Positions 29,269 through 39,415 of a DNA stretch of 64,000 nucleotides are shown piece after piece. The translations under genes and the position numbers were made by a program. The notes beneath the pieces are model-generated. The model ran no database searches. It was not told the origin of the DNA and worked only from the letters and a program-made list of their open reading frames with translations. The stretch comes from an uncultured Verrucomicrobiae bacterium. GTDB lineage: Bacteria > Verrucomicrobiota > Verrucomicrobiia > Chthoniobacterales > Chthoniobacteraceae. The first letter of the stretch is position 1. Every line of letters starts with the position of its first letter. Where the stretch lies: NCBI GenBank assembly GCA_963828525.1, contig CAWHEP010000014.1:288001-352000 (forward strand), in the 5' to 3' direction.

Positions 29269-31083
29269 ATGGATAACACACAAACGCGTAAAGCGATCCC
29301 GACGCGCGAGCAGGTGCCGCAATCCGACACTTGGGATCTCTCGCTGCTCTATCCATCGCCCGAGGCATGGACGGAAGCATTCACCTCCACGCAGGAGAGC
29401 TACGGGCGGGCGGAAAGTTTCAGAGGGAATCTCGGGGCTTCCGCGCAGAGGCTTTTCGAATGCCTGGAGGTTGAAAAGGCCCTGGGCGAGCGCATAGAGC
29501 GCCTCTACCACTACGCGATGCTCAAGGCCGCCGAGGATAGCGCCGATGACGCGAATCTCCGTCGCGAAGGGCTGCTCCAGAATCTGCTGACGCGCATCGC
29601 GGAAGCGACCTCCTTCATCAATCCCGAAATCCAGGCGATCCCGGATGAAACGTTCGACGCGTACCTCGCGGATCCCGTGCTGGAGCCGTGGAACATCCAG
29701 CTCAAAAAACTTCGTCGTCTGAAGCCACACACACTGGGCGCTTCGGAGGAAAGATTGCTGGCGCTGGGCGCGACGGCGATTCACGGGCATCGGGAGACCT
29801 TTTCGCAGCTCACCGACGTGGACATGAAGTTCGGCTCCCTGACGGATGAGAAGGGCCAGGAACAAACACTCAGCCAGAGTTCCTTCAGCTCGTTTCTCTA
29901 CAAGCGCGATCCCGCTTTGCGAAAAGCGGCGTTCCACCAATTCTACACGGAGTTCAAGGATCACGAATACACGCTTGCGTCGAGTCTGGCCCACTCGGTG
30001 AGGGCCGATGTGTTTTATGCGAGGGCTCGCAACCATCCCTCCGCCTTGGAGGCGTCTCTCTTCCGGGACGCAATCCCTATCTCCGTGTACGATAATCTCA
30101 TCGCCGCTGTGCGGGCGAATCTCGGCCCGCTTCATCGGTACTTCGACCTCCGCCGTCGCGCGCTGGGACTCAATGAGATTCATCACTACGATACCTACGT
30201 CCCGATCGTGCCGAATATTACGGCAACGGTGTCGTTTGACGAAGCGATTGGCAAGGTCGTGGCCGCTCTCAGCCCTCTTGGCGGCGAATACACGAAAGTC
30301 CTGGAGGCCGGTTTGCGCGGGCGGTGGTGCGACCGATATGAGAGCAAGGGCAAGAGGAGCGGCGCGTTCTCGTCCAGCAGCTACGGGAATCCGCCTTATA
30401 TCCTGATGAACTATAAGAGCGACGTGTTCTCCGATGTTTACACGCTGGCCCACGAGGCGGGACACTCGATGCACACTTGGTATTCGCAGCGGAGCCAGAC
30501 GTTCCAGGACTACGAGTATCCGATCTTTCTCGCGGAGGTGGCTTCCACCTTTAATGAGATACTCCTGACGCGCCACCTTCTGGAAGAAACCTCCGATCCC
30601 AAGATGCGAGCCTACCTTATCAACCGTGAGATCGATGACATCCGAGGCACCGTTTACAGGCAGACCATGTTCGCTGAATTTGAAAAAATCATCCACGCGA
30701 CTGAAGAGTCGGGCGCGGCTCTCACGCCGGAGGCTTTCAGGCATTCCTACCGGGAGTTACTGGACGTTTATTTCGGCCCTGAGTTCTGCATCGATAAGGA
30801 ATTGGAGATTGAGTGCCTCCGAATCCCTCATTTTTACGGCGGCTTCTATGTCTACAAATACGCGACAGGGATGTCGGCAGCCGTGACCCTGGCGCGCCGG
30901 GTATTGGGCGGAGGAGCTGAAGAGTTGGAGGCCTACCTCACTTTTCTGAAATCTGGCGGTTCCAAATACCCGCTGCCGACCCTTGCCGATGCGGGGGTGG
31001 ATATGCTAAGCCCGGAACCCGTTGAGAAAACTTTGCAACTCTTCGAGGAAAGGGTTGCGGAGTTGGAAACGTTGCTTGCCTAA
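29269..31083 (+). CDS. pepF: Oligoendopeptidase F
   Basis: TWDLS, KRSGAF, PYILMNY, HEAGHSMH, AEVAST, RIPHFY. Confidence 0.96.
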   Translation: MDNTQTRKAIPTREQVPQSDTWDLSLLYPSPEAWTEAFTSTQESYGRAESFRGNLGASAQRLFECLEVEKALGERIERLYHYAMLKAAEDSADDANLRREGLLQNLLTRIAEATSFINPEIQAIPDETFDAYLADPVLEPWNIQLKKLRRLKPHTLGASEERLLALGATAIHGHRETFSQLTDVDMKFGSLTDEKGQEQTLSQSSFSSFLYKRDPALRKAAFHQFYTEFKDHEYTLASSLAHSVRADVFYARARNHPSALEASLFRDAIPISVYDNLIAAVRANLGPLHRYFDLRRRALGLNEIHHYDTYVPIVPNITATVSFDEAIGKVVAALSPLGGEYTKVLEAGLRGRWCDRYESKGKRSGAFSSSSYGNPPYILMNYKSDVFSDVYTLAHEAGHSMHTWYSQRSQTFQDYEYPIFLAEVASTFNEILLTRHLLEETSDPKMRAYLINREIDDIRGTVYRQTMFAEFEKIIHATEESGAALTPEAFRHSYRELLDVYFGPEFCIDKELEIECLRIPHFYGGFYVYKYATGMSAAVTLARRVLGGGAEELEAYLTFLKSGGSKYPLPTLADAGVDMLSPEPVEKTLQLFEERVAELETLLA

Positions 31084-31099
31084 CCCGGCTTCCTGTCCA

Positions 31100-31570
31100 T
31101 TGACCGACTTCGAAAAAAAGATTTCCGCGGCTCAGGGATACACAGAACTCGGGATGCTGGAGGATGCGCTCGCCGAGCTGGACGGGATCGAGCCGTCGAT
31201 GCGGGAGGGCGCGCCTGTCATCGAGATGAGGTTGCTCATCCTCATGCGCGCGAAGCGTTGGTCGGAAGCTCTACCGTTAGGCGTCCAATTATCCGTGGCG
31301 CATCCCGAGGCCACAGCGGGCTTTGTCCATGCGGCATTTTGTCTTCATGAACTCGGGCGAACCCTGGAAGCCAAGAAGATGCTGCTCTCCGGCCCAGCCG
31401 CCATGCAGAACGAGCCTACCTTCTTCTACAATCTCGCGTGCTACGAAGTGGCCCTTGGCGACTCGACAAACGCGCTGGAAAATCTCGAACGCAGTTTCAA
31501 GATCGACAAGCGCTACAGGCAATTCGCCGAGACCGATCCCGACCTGATTCCGATCCGGCATCTGTTTTGA
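31100..31570 (+). CDS. TPR-repeat protein
   Basis: AQGYTELGM, YNLACY, DPDL. Confidence 0.8.
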   Translation: MTDFEKKISAAQGYTELGMLEDALAELDGIEPSMREGAPVIEMRLLILMRAKRWSEALPLGVQLSVAHPEATAGFVHAAFCLHELGRTLEAKKMLLSGPAAMQNEPTFFYNLACYEVALGDSTNALENLERSFKIDKRYRQFAETDPDLIPIRHLF

Positions 31571-32700
31571 ACATCGGGTTGATCGAAAAGATCTTCGCGG
31601 ACAATTTCGTCTTGCGCGGGGAATTAGGCGCGTCCGTCTCGATCTGGAAAGACGGTGTCGAAAAAGTCACGCTTGCCGGCGGATTTACGGATCGTGAAAA
31701 GACGCGGGCCTGGACGTCGGCTACGCCGGTGCTCGTCTGGTCCGCGACAAAGGGACCCGCCGCTGCTTGCGCCCTGCATTGTCTTCAGGCAAGCAACATT
31801 CCAACCGGGGAGCGGGTAGCGAAAGTATGGCCCGAATTTGGCGGAGCGGGAAAAGGACATGTGACCTTCGACCAACTCCTCTCTCACCAGGCCGGTGTTC
31901 CGGCCCTGGACCGGGATGCTTCTGTGCTCGATTACGAAGGCGTCATCGCCGCCATCGAACACCAGTCGCCGGCTTGGCCACTGGACGCGGGGCACGGTTA
32001 CCATCCTCGAACATTCGGTTACATGCTGGACGAGGTCGTGCGTCGGCTGAGCGGCGCGCCCTTGGGAGTTTATTGGAGAAAGATATTTGCCGATCCGCTC
32101 GGGTTGGATTTCTGGATCGGAATGCCGCCAGACAGAATCGAGAGGGTTGCGCCCGTATTTGCCTCTCGCTCGGCGCCTCCCGCGGATGATCCCTCCTATG
32201 CCGCGCTTGCAATGCCTGGTTCTCTTTCAGCCCGCGCCTTTGCTTCTCCGAAAGGGCTCAACAGCGTCTCTTCGATGAACAGCCCCGAAGCTCGCGCGGC
32301 GTCTTTGCCGGCGTTTGGCGGCATCGGAACGGCTGCCGCGCTTGCCAGGTTTTACGGGATGCTCGCCTGCGGTGGCGAGATGGATGGCCGCCTGTTCTTC
32401 ACAAGAGAAGAGATCGGCAGGATGATCAGCCCTCTTGTGAACGGACTGGATCAGGTGCTGAAAATAGATACGTCTTTTTCAGCCGGCTTTATGAAAGACC
32501 CGGTCACTGCGGGGCAGGTTAAGAGCAGGTCGATCTTTGGCGCTTCGCGAGAAGCGTTTGGACACCCAGGCGCGGGCGGGAGCCTCGGTTTCGCTGATCC
32601 GGCAAGCGGGATCGGTTTCGCCTACGTCATGAATCAGATGACGCCGGGAGTTTTCCCCAATGAAAAAGCGCTGCTCATGACAGCCGCTCTGGCGTCCTGA
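31567..32700 (+). CDS. Serine hydrolase, beta-lactamase/esterase family
   Basis: SATK (SxxK), LLSHQAG, GYH, FGHPGAGGS. Confidence 0.92.
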   Translation: MNIGLIEKIFADNFVLRGELGASVSIWKDGVEKVTLAGGFTDREKTRAWTSATPVLVWSATKGPAAACALHCLQASNIPTGERVAKVWPEFGGAGKGHVTFDQLLSHQAGVPALDRDASVLDYEGVIAAIEHQSPAWPLDAGHGYHPRTFGYMLDEVVRRLSGAPLGVYWRKIFADPLGLDFWIGMPPDRIERVAPVFASRSAPPADDPSYAALAMPGSLSARAFASPKGLNSVSSMNSPEARAASLPAFGGIGTAAALARFYGMLACGGEMDGRLFFTREEIGRMISPLVNGLDQVLKIDTSFSAGFMKDPVTAGQVKSRSIFGASREAFGHPGAGGSLGFADPASGIGFAYVMNQMTPGVFPNEKALLMTAALAS

Positions 32701-32709
32701 CGACGGAGG

Positions 32710-33579
32710 TCAGGCTGCCACTTTGCGCCTTGACCTGCCTGGAGCCGAAGCGCTCGCCCGCGCGGCTCGCGGGCTCTTTGTGGAGGGCTTTGCCTGCGGT
32801 TTCCGCAAGTCCCTGTTCTTGTTCAGGCTCTCTTGCAGCACGCTCAACAAATCCACCACATTTCCGGGATGGTGCGACTTCACCGGTCCTTCCGTTAGCT
32901 CGAGGTTCTGAGCCTTTTTCTCGATCATCTCCATCACCGCGGCCCGGTATTCGTCGTGATACTTTTCCGGCTCCCAGGTGGCAGTCATGCTCTCGATGAG
33001 AGCATGAGCCATGTCGAGCTCCCGTGGGCTCAATTCCTTGTCCGCGCCGCTTTTCAAAGACTCAGCCGTCAGTATCTCCTGCGCGAAATGCATCAACTCC
33101 AGGATGAGGAAAAGGCCGTCGGGTTTTACAGCGGCTAGATGTTCGCGGCTGCTGATCACCACTTTGGCGATTCCGATCTTGCCCGTTCCGCTTAACGCTT
33201 TCAAAAGCAACGCGTAAGCTTTCTCGCCTCCCTTTTGAGGTTCCAGAAAGTACGGTTTGTAGAAAAACTTGGGATCAACCTGATCCTTCTCGATAAAGTC
33301 GGTGATGTCGATGGAGTGAGTCGATTCGATCTTCACTTTCTCGAAATCTTCGTCCTTGAGAACGACGAACTTTCCGCGTTCCAACTCATAACCCTTCACG
33401 ATCTGGTCAGCCGGAACCTCTTCGCCGTCCGCCTGCGCAACCTTTTTGTAGGAGATCGGGCTCAGGTCTTTCGAGCGCAATTGGCGGAAGCTTAACTTCT
33501 CCTCGCGAGTGGCCGGATATACCGAGATGGGGATGTAAACCAATCCGAAATTGATGCTGCCTTTCCAAACGGGTCTCAT
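32710..33579 (-). CDS. ku: NHEJ DNA end-binding protein Ku
   Basis: WKGSINFGLVYIP, IVKGYE, PYFLEP, YHDEY, VVDLLSVLQESL, basic tail. Confidence 0.96.
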   Translation of the reverse strand: MRPVWKGSINFGLVYIPISVYPATREEKLSFRQLRSKDLSPISYKKVAQADGEEVPADQIVKGYELERGKFVVLKDEDFEKVKIESTHSIDITDFIEKDQVDPKFFYKPYFLEPQKGGEKAYALLLKALSGTGKIGIAKVVISSREHLAAVKPDGLFLILELMHFAQEILTAESLKSGADKELSPRELDMAHALIESMTATWEPEKYHDEYRAAVMEMIEKKAQNLELTEGPVKSHHPGNVVDLLSVLQESLNKNRDLRKPQAKPSTKSPRAARASASAPGRSRRKVAA

Positions 33580-33585
33580 AGTAAA

Positions 33586-33626
33586 GCACTTGCATTAGAA
33601 TCCACCCGGGCTTCGAATGCAAGCGC
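33586..33626. promoter_or_regulatory. Inverted repeat upstream of ku
   Basis: GCACTTGCATTAGAA-N11-TTCGAATGCAAGCGC, 13 of 15 positions complementary. Confidence 0.5.
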
Positions 33627-33822
33627 CGATCTAACACTCCAGGTAGGAATGCCTCGCCGAGGCGTCCGTCCGTCTATGCGCGTCATTTCTAAAAACATCG
33701 TGCTGATTGGCGGTAGCCAAAACCCCTCATTAGCCAGTCTCCCTCCCTCCAAACGCAACCCCCTTAACAAAACTAAACACATCGGCCTTTGCCGGGTGAA
33801 CGTCACCGTGACAGCTTCCATC

Positions 33823-34791
33823 ATGCGACTCAAACTCCTCGGACGCCGTAAACCAACCCTCAATCCCTCCGCGAGCAGCCCCCGGTTCGATCTCAATCGC
33901 TACAGCGCTGATGTTCGCGACATCAACGGGATGCACGCCACCATTTTCCACCAGACGCGAACCACCGTTCTTCAAGCGATCATTCTGGGTGGCTCCCTCG
34001 CCGAATTGAAATCTCGCATCCCGCATGGCAGTTGGCTGCCGTATGTCCGCAAGAACTTCATCTTCTCTCATGGCACAGCCCTCCGGTATATGGCGTTGCA
34101 CCGTTGTCGCGACCTCATACGAGGCGAATTCATCAGTGTGAAGAATTTCACCCTCAGTCAAGCATATCACCTGCTTGCGTCTTACGAAAAAGATCCCGAC
34201 GCGCCAATCCCGGTTCTCCGCGAGAATCGGAAGGTTCTGGGCGCTATCGCGCGCGCTGCCATCAAAGGGCTGGAGGGCTACGCGTCAGCCGAACTCCAGG
34301 AACTGTTCGCGGTAATTGAGAAAGCAAGGCAGGACTGGGTCGCAGCCAGACCCCACGCAGCCGCCCCCGCGGAGACAACCCCTGCCAGCGCCGTCGAACC
34401 AGAGGAGGCGTCATCGGTCCCTGAGCCACCGCTGCAAGCTCGCGCGACCCCGCCTTTGTTTTACGACGACCCTCTTACGCGCTTCCTGAAACCTGGATCT
34501 CGCCTTTTGCCTCCTGCCGAGTCCGGCGTGGATGGCATTGTTCTACGACGTATCGCTCAATTTTGCGGAGAGCGCCCGCCTCCGGCATTTGCGACACCCT
34601 CGAAAGTGTCCGGCAGACTTCCTTTGTCAGCCCAGGATGCGCTCCGGAAGGTGGAAATGTCCCGACTGGCGGATCTTTATCAGCAAGGCATGAGGAGAGG
34701 GGAATCGGCAAAGGCTCCACAAGCAAACGCGAACTTGGATGCCCTTGCGATTCAGCCGTATGGAGAACGCGCTGCCCCCGCTGCCAACTGA
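33823..34791 (+). CDS. DUF3102-domain protein with Pro/Ala-rich C-terminus
   Basis: AIILGGSLAELKSRIPHGSWLPYVRKNF.FS..TALRYMAL. Confidence 0.7.
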   Translation: MRLKLLGRRKPTLNPSASSPRFDLNRYSADVRDINGMHATIFHQTRTTVLQAIILGGSLAELKSRIPHGSWLPYVRKNFIFSHGTALRYMALHRCRDLIRGEFISVKNFTLSQAYHLLASYEKDPDAPIPVLRENRKVLGAIARAAIKGLEGYASAELQELFAVIEKARQDWVAARPHAAAPAETTPASAVEPEEASSVPEPPLQARATPPLFYDDPLTRFLKPGSRLLPPAESGVDGIVLRRIAQFCGERPPPAFATPSKVSGRLPLSAQDALRKVEMSRLADLYQQGMRRGESAKAPQANANLDALAIQPYGERAAPAAN

Positions 34792-35902
34792 ACTCAACAT
34801 CAACGGCGAGAGTAGACCGGAACGCGTTCGTCTCCAGGACTTGTTGGCCGGGCCCTTCGATATCAAATGCTTCTCGCTGCCCGCATTGTTGGTGCTTGCG
34901 TTGTTTTACACGATTTATTTTACGCGCTCGCTTTTGCTGCCGATTGTTCTGGCGCTGCTCTTCAGTTACCTCTTGGCGCCGGTCGCGCGAACCCTCCGCC
35001 GCTGGCATGTGCCTCAGTTTCTTGCGGCAGGAATCGTGTCATTGGGAGTGCTCGCCATATTGGGAACGCTTATCTCCGGGCTGACTGGGCAGGCGTCGGG
35101 GTGGATTGCGAAAGCTCCTTACAGCTTGCAGAAGCTTGAGGAAAAACTTTCGCCCCTGAAAAAACCAATCCAGCGGGTGACGCAGGCGGGAGCCGCGCTC
35201 GAGAAGATAGCGAACACCGAGGCGGTTGATCCAAAGAGCAAGACGGTGGTGGAAGTGAAGCCCACTTCGACACTGATTACTTCTTTGTTCAGCCAGACGC
35301 CAGACATGCTGCTATCGATCGTGACGGTGATCATTCTCTCATACTTCCTGCTCGCGTACGACGGGCTATTCCTCGGCAAACTCATCAAGACCATCCCTCG
35401 CTTCAAAGACAAGAAAACGGCGGTCTCTATCGCGCATGAGATCGAGGACAATATCTCCAAGTACCTGCTGACGGTTTCGATTATCAACTGCTGCCTTGGC
35501 GTCGCGGTGGGGACCGCGATGTTTCTGCTGGGAATGCCGAATCCAGTGCTTTGGGGCGCCATGGCCGCGGCGTTGAACTTCATCCCTTACCTGGGCGCGT
35601 CGGTGGGCATCATCGTGATGGCCCTTGCGGCGGTCTTGAGCTTCGATAGCCTCGGCTGGGCGTTGGTGTTCCCCGGCGCTTATCTCGTGCTCGGCATTAT
35701 CGAAGGGAACTTCGTCTCGCCCATGATTCTCGGGCGTTCCTTTTCACTGAACCCTATCGTCATCATCATCAGCCTTCTATTCTGGGGATGGATGTGGGGC
35801 ATCATTGGAGCGTTGCTCGCGGTGCCGATCCTGGCCGTGTTCAAGATATTCTGCGACCATATCGAGCCGCTCGCCCCGTGCGGCGAGTTCCTGAGCAACT
35901 AG
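34760..35902 (+). CDS. AI-2E family transporter
   Basis: LNFIPYLG, EGNFVSPMILG, WGIIGALLAVP. Confidence 0.93.
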   Translation: MENALPPLPTELNINGESRPERVRLQDLLAGPFDIKCFSLPALLVLALFYTIYFTRSLLLPIVLALLFSYLLAPVARTLRRWHVPQFLAAGIVSLGVLAILGTLISGLTGQASGWIAKAPYSLQKLEEKLSPLKKPIQRVTQAGAALEKIANTEAVDPKSKTVVEVKPTSTLITSLFSQTPDMLLSIVTVIILSYFLLAYDGLFLGKLIKTIPRFKDKKTAVSIAHEIEDNISKYLLTVSIINCCLGVAVGTAMFLLGMPNPVLWGAMAAALNFIPYLGASVGIIVMALAAVLSFDSLGWALVFPGAYLVLGIIEGNFVSPMILGRSFSLNPIVIIISLLFWGWMWGIIGALLAVPILAVFKIFCDHIEPLAPCGEFLSN

Positions 35903-35941
35903 CCAGCCGGTCAAGGATCGCCGGCTCTTCCTAAATGCGAC

Positions 35942-36499
35942 CTACTTCGCCGGGCTGCTGAGCTGCTTGAACTGTACAGGGTCTTGTGCTGCCGTTTCGA
36001 GAAACGGAGTTGAAGCCCTGAGTGCCAGCACGGCCCCTGCCTGAACAATGCGAACAATATACCCATCGGGTTTGAGACCCGACAATTTGGCGCTCGGCTC
36101 GGCCATACCGTATAGTGATTCGTTCGTCGAACTGCTTTTTACTTCCTTGGAGACGGCGTCGAATTCCTGAAATCCGCCTGCGAGAATGGATATATCTCTC
36201 TTCCCTCGATCAAAGATAAGTTCCTTCTTCTTCGCGAGATCTTTCCCGACAAAGAACCACTCCACGGTGGCATCGAGCGGGCTGTGCATCAGTGTTCCCG
36301 CGGTGATGGTTATAGCCATCTGGCGCGAGTTCTGTTTCGTGGCAGCCTCCACAGCCCCGGTGGCGTGGAAAGTGTGGCTTACTTTGTTGTGGCCGGCGGC
36401 CAGCTTCACTTCCAGGTAGGCGGAGGGCTTTTCCGGTTGCTGGGCAGAGAGAAGGCAGGGCAGCAGGAGCGAGGCCAGTATGAACGGCAGGCATTTCAT
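35942..36499 (-). CDS. Secreted hypothetical protein
   Basis: Signal peptide MKCLPFILASLLLPCLLSA, beta-rich mature part. Confidence 0.65.
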   Translation of the reverse strand: MKCLPFILASLLLPCLLSAQQPEKPSAYLEVKLAAGHNKVSHTFHATGAVEAATKQNSRQMAITITAGTLMHSPLDATVEWFFVGKDLAKKKELIFDRGKRDISILAGGFQEFDAVSKEVKSSSTNESLYGMAEPSAKLSGLKPDGYIVRIVQAGAVLALRASTPFLETAAQDPVQFKQLSSPAK

Positions 36500-36652
36500 G
36501 CGGCGGACACTAGCAGCCGCATCCCCGGGCGTAAACGCAATCTTCGAACGGCGCAAACAGGGGCATCCGGCAAAGCTCTTCGCTTGCGGAAATCCCGGAG
36601 GTAAAATAGTCTCTGCGGATGTTTCGACCCCATCACCACGTTCGGAAGTCCG

Positions 36653-37624
36653 TTGTTTAAGCGCGCATTTATCACGGGGGGCTCGGGGTTCATTGGCAGT
36701 TCGGTCGCGGATCGGTTGCTGGAACTGGGACATTCCGTGACCGTGTGGGATAATCTCTCGACAGGGAGGGAGCAGTTCATGGAGAAGGCGCGGGGGAACG
36801 AGCGTTTTCGTTTCGCGCGCGGCGAGAATCTGGACGTGGCGGCGATGGCCGAGGCAATGAAGGGGTGCGATTTTGTTTTCCACTTCGCCGCGAACGCCGA
36901 TGTGCGGTTTGGTCTCCAGCACCCCGGCAAAGATTTGGAGCAGAATGTCATTGCCACTTCGAACGTGCTGGAGGCGATGAGGCAGAACGGAATTACCGGA
37001 ATCGCATTTTCCTCCACCGGGTCGATCTATGGGGAGGCGGACGTTTTTCCGACACCTGAAAACGCCCCGTTTCCAATCCAAACCTCTCTCTACGGCGCGT
37101 CCAAGCTGGCGGCGGAAGGGTTGATACAGGCTTACTGCGAGGGCTTTGGGTTCACTGGCTACATATTCAGGTTCGTCTCAATCCTGGGTGAGAGATATAC
37201 CCATGGACACGTTTTTGACTTTTACCGCCAGCTTCTGGAGCATCCAGAATCGCTGAAGGTGCTGGGGGATGGGACGCAGAGAAAGTCCTACCTGTATGTG
37301 AAGGATTGTGTGTCGGCGATCCTCCATGTGCTGTCCAAACGGACGGCGGAGACAGCCCCCCACAACGTCCAGGTGTATAATTTGGGCGCGGATGAATATT
37401 GCCAGGTGTCGGATTCAATCGGCTGGATTTGCGAGCACCTGGGTTTGAAGCCGAAACTGGAGTTCACCGGCGGCTCGCGCGGGTGGGTCGGAGACAGCCC
37501 GTTCATCTTTCTCGACACGGCAAAGGTGAGGAGCTTGGGATGGACGCCGAGTTTGAGCATTCGCGAGGGCGTGCTCCGCACAGTTGACTGGCTGCGCGAG
37601 AATCATTGGGCGCTGGAAGGCTGA
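36653..37624 (+). CDS. NAD-dependent nucleotide-sugar epimerase/dehydratase
   Basis: TGGSGFIG, YGASK. Confidence 0.93.
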   Translation: MFKRAFITGGSGFIGSSVADRLLELGHSVTVWDNLSTGREQFMEKARGNERFRFARGENLDVAAMAEAMKGCDFVFHFAANADVRFGLQHPGKDLEQNVIATSNVLEAMRQNGITGIAFSSTGSIYGEADVFPTPENAPFPIQTSLYGASKLAAEGLIQAYCEGFGFTGYIFRFVSILGERYTHGHVFDFYRQLLEHPESLKVLGDGTQRKSYLYVKDCVSAILHVLSKRTAETAPHNVQVYNLGADEYCQVSDSIGWICEHLGLKPKLEFTGGSRGWVGDSPFIFLDTAKVRSLGWTPSLSIREGVLRTVDWLRENHWALEG

Positions 37625-37657
37625 GTAGGCTATCTCCCAAAGGAGAGAACTAACCCG

Positions 37658-38635
37658 ATGATTATAACGCGTTCGCCGCTGAGGATAACCCTGGGGGGAG
37701 GGGGGACAGACTTGCCTTCGTACTATCAAGAGCACACGGGGTTCCTGATCGCGGCCGCGATCGATAAGTACGTTTACATAACATTGCACCAGACTTTCGT
37801 GCGGGATCTCATCATCAAGTACTCGAAGCTGGAACGGGTTGGCAGCGTGGACGAAATCGAGCATCCCATCATCCGCGAAGCAATGAAATTGCTCGGGGTG
37901 GCAACGGTAAACCTGGAGATGACATCGATGGCGGATATCCCCGCCGGGACCGGGCTGGGTTCCTCGGGCAGCTTCACCACCGCGTTGCTCAAGGCATTGC
38001 ATGTGTTGCAGAAAAGCCTCGTTCACCCATCACAACTCGCCGAGCAGGCATGCGAGGTTGAGATCGTGAAGTTAAAAGAACCGATCGGGAAGCAGGATCA
38101 ATATATAGCGGCGTATGGCGGCATCACCTGCTTTAAATTCATGAAGGACGGGCGCGTGGAGGCATGGCCTTTGAAGATCACGGAGGAGACGCTGTATAAC
38201 CTCGAGGATAATCTCCTTCTTTTCTTCACCGGGTACTCCCGCTCTGCCTCGAAGATCCTCAAAGAACAGGATGACAAGAGCAAGAGCGCGGACAGTTCGA
38301 TGATCGAGAATCTTCACTTCGTGAAGGAACTCGCGACGCGCAGTCAATCGGCCCTGGAGGAGGGTGATCTCACCGAATTTGGGAGATTGATGGACACGCA
38401 TTGGCAGCGGAAAAAGGAGCGCTCCGGCGCGATGAGCAATCCGGAGATCAACGAGTGGTATGATGAAGCGATGCGGAACGGCGCCGTGGGGGGCAAGCTC
38501 ATCGGCGCGGGAGGCGGCGGTTTTTTGATGTTCTACGCGAGTGACAAGGCGGCGTTGCGCCACACGATGAGGGCCCGCGGCTTAAAAGAGGTGCGGTTCC
38601 GTTTCGATTTCGAAGGAACAAAGGTGTTGAGCTAG
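37658..38635 (+). CDS. hddA: D-glycero-alpha-D-manno-heptose-7-phosphate kinase (GHMP)
   Basis: PLRITLGGGGTD, PAGTGLGSSG, GKQDQY, GAGGGGF. Confidence 0.88.
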   Translation: MIITRSPLRITLGGGGTDLPSYYQEHTGFLIAAAIDKYVYITLHQTFVRDLIIKYSKLERVGSVDEIEHPIIREAMKLLGVATVNLEMTSMADIPAGTGLGSSGSFTTALLKALHVLQKSLVHPSQLAEQACEVEIVKLKEPIGKQDQYIAAYGGITCFKFMKDGRVEAWPLKITEETLYNLEDNLLLFFTGYSRSASKILKEQDDKSKSADSSMIENLHFVKELATRSQSALEEGDLTEFGRLMDTHWQRKKERSGAMSNPEINEWYDEAMRNGAVGGKLIGAGGGGFLMFYASDKAALRHTMRARGLKEVRFRFDFEGTKVLS

Positions 38636-38659
38636 GCAGCGCAGGCCTTCCGAAGACCA

Positions 38660-39415
38660 ATGCAGCCCTCCTCCAGCGCGATTCCTCTCCCGCCGGTCGC
38701 GATCCTCGCCGGCGGGCTGGCGACCCGTCTCCGCCCGATCACAGAGAAGATTCCCAAATCGCTGGTGGAAGTGGCAGGGCGTCCTTTCCTGGCGCACCAA
38801 CTGTCCCAATTAAGGGCGCAAGGAATCACCCGCGCAGTTCTATGCGTGGGATATCTCGGAGAAATGATCCGCGATCAGTTCGGCGACGGCTCAGAATGCG
38901 GCGTGGCGCTGGATTATTCTTTCGACGGATCGGCGCCGCTGGGCACCGGCGGCGCGCTCCAGAAAGCGCTGCCCCTGCTGGGCCAGAGCTTTTTTGTGCT
39001 CTATGGGGACTCGTATCTTCCCGTGGAATACCGGCCGGTGGCGGAGGCGTTTGCGCGTTCGGGCAAAGCGGGCTTGATGACTGTCTTCCGAAATGAGGAT
39101 CAGTGGGATATGAGCAACGTGTGTTTCGAAGATGAAGACATCCGCGTTTACAGCAAGAAGAGCCGAACGCCTGAAATGCGCCATATAGATTACGGGCTCG
39201 GCATGCTGACTCCGGGAGTGTTTGATGCTTTTCCGCCGGGCGCTTACCTCGATCTTGCCGACGTCCTGTCACGGCTCGTGGGTTTGCGGCAATTGGCTGG
39301 CTTTGAAGTTTTTGAGAGATTCTATGAGATCGGCTCACCAAGCGGTCTCCATGAGATGGAAGCCCTCCTCTCCGGCAACCAGCGAACAACAAACAACCCA
39401 TTAAAAATCCCATGA
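38660..39415 (+). CDS. hddC: Sugar-1-phosphate nucleotidyltransferase (HddC-like)
   Basis: LAGGLATRL..PK, LGTGGAL, YGDSY. Confidence 0.75.
   Translation: MQPSSSAIPLPPVAILAGGLATRLRPITEKIPKSLVEVAGRPFLAHQLSQLRAQGITRAVLCVGYLGEMIRDQFGDGSECGVALDYSFDGSAPLGTGGALQKALPLLGQSFFVLYGDSYLPVEYRPVAEAFARSGKAGLMTVFRNEDQWDMSNVCFEDEDIRVYSKKSRTPEMRHIDYGLGMLTPGVFDAFPPGAYLDLADVLSRLVGLRQLAGFEVFERFYEIGSPSGLHEMEALLSGNQRTTNNPLKIP

Noticed and set aside
29089..30744. Long antisense ORF (551 aa) and similar shadow ORFs elsewhere
   Set aside because: They lie opposite well-supported genes such as pepF and are expected from high-GC codon bias.
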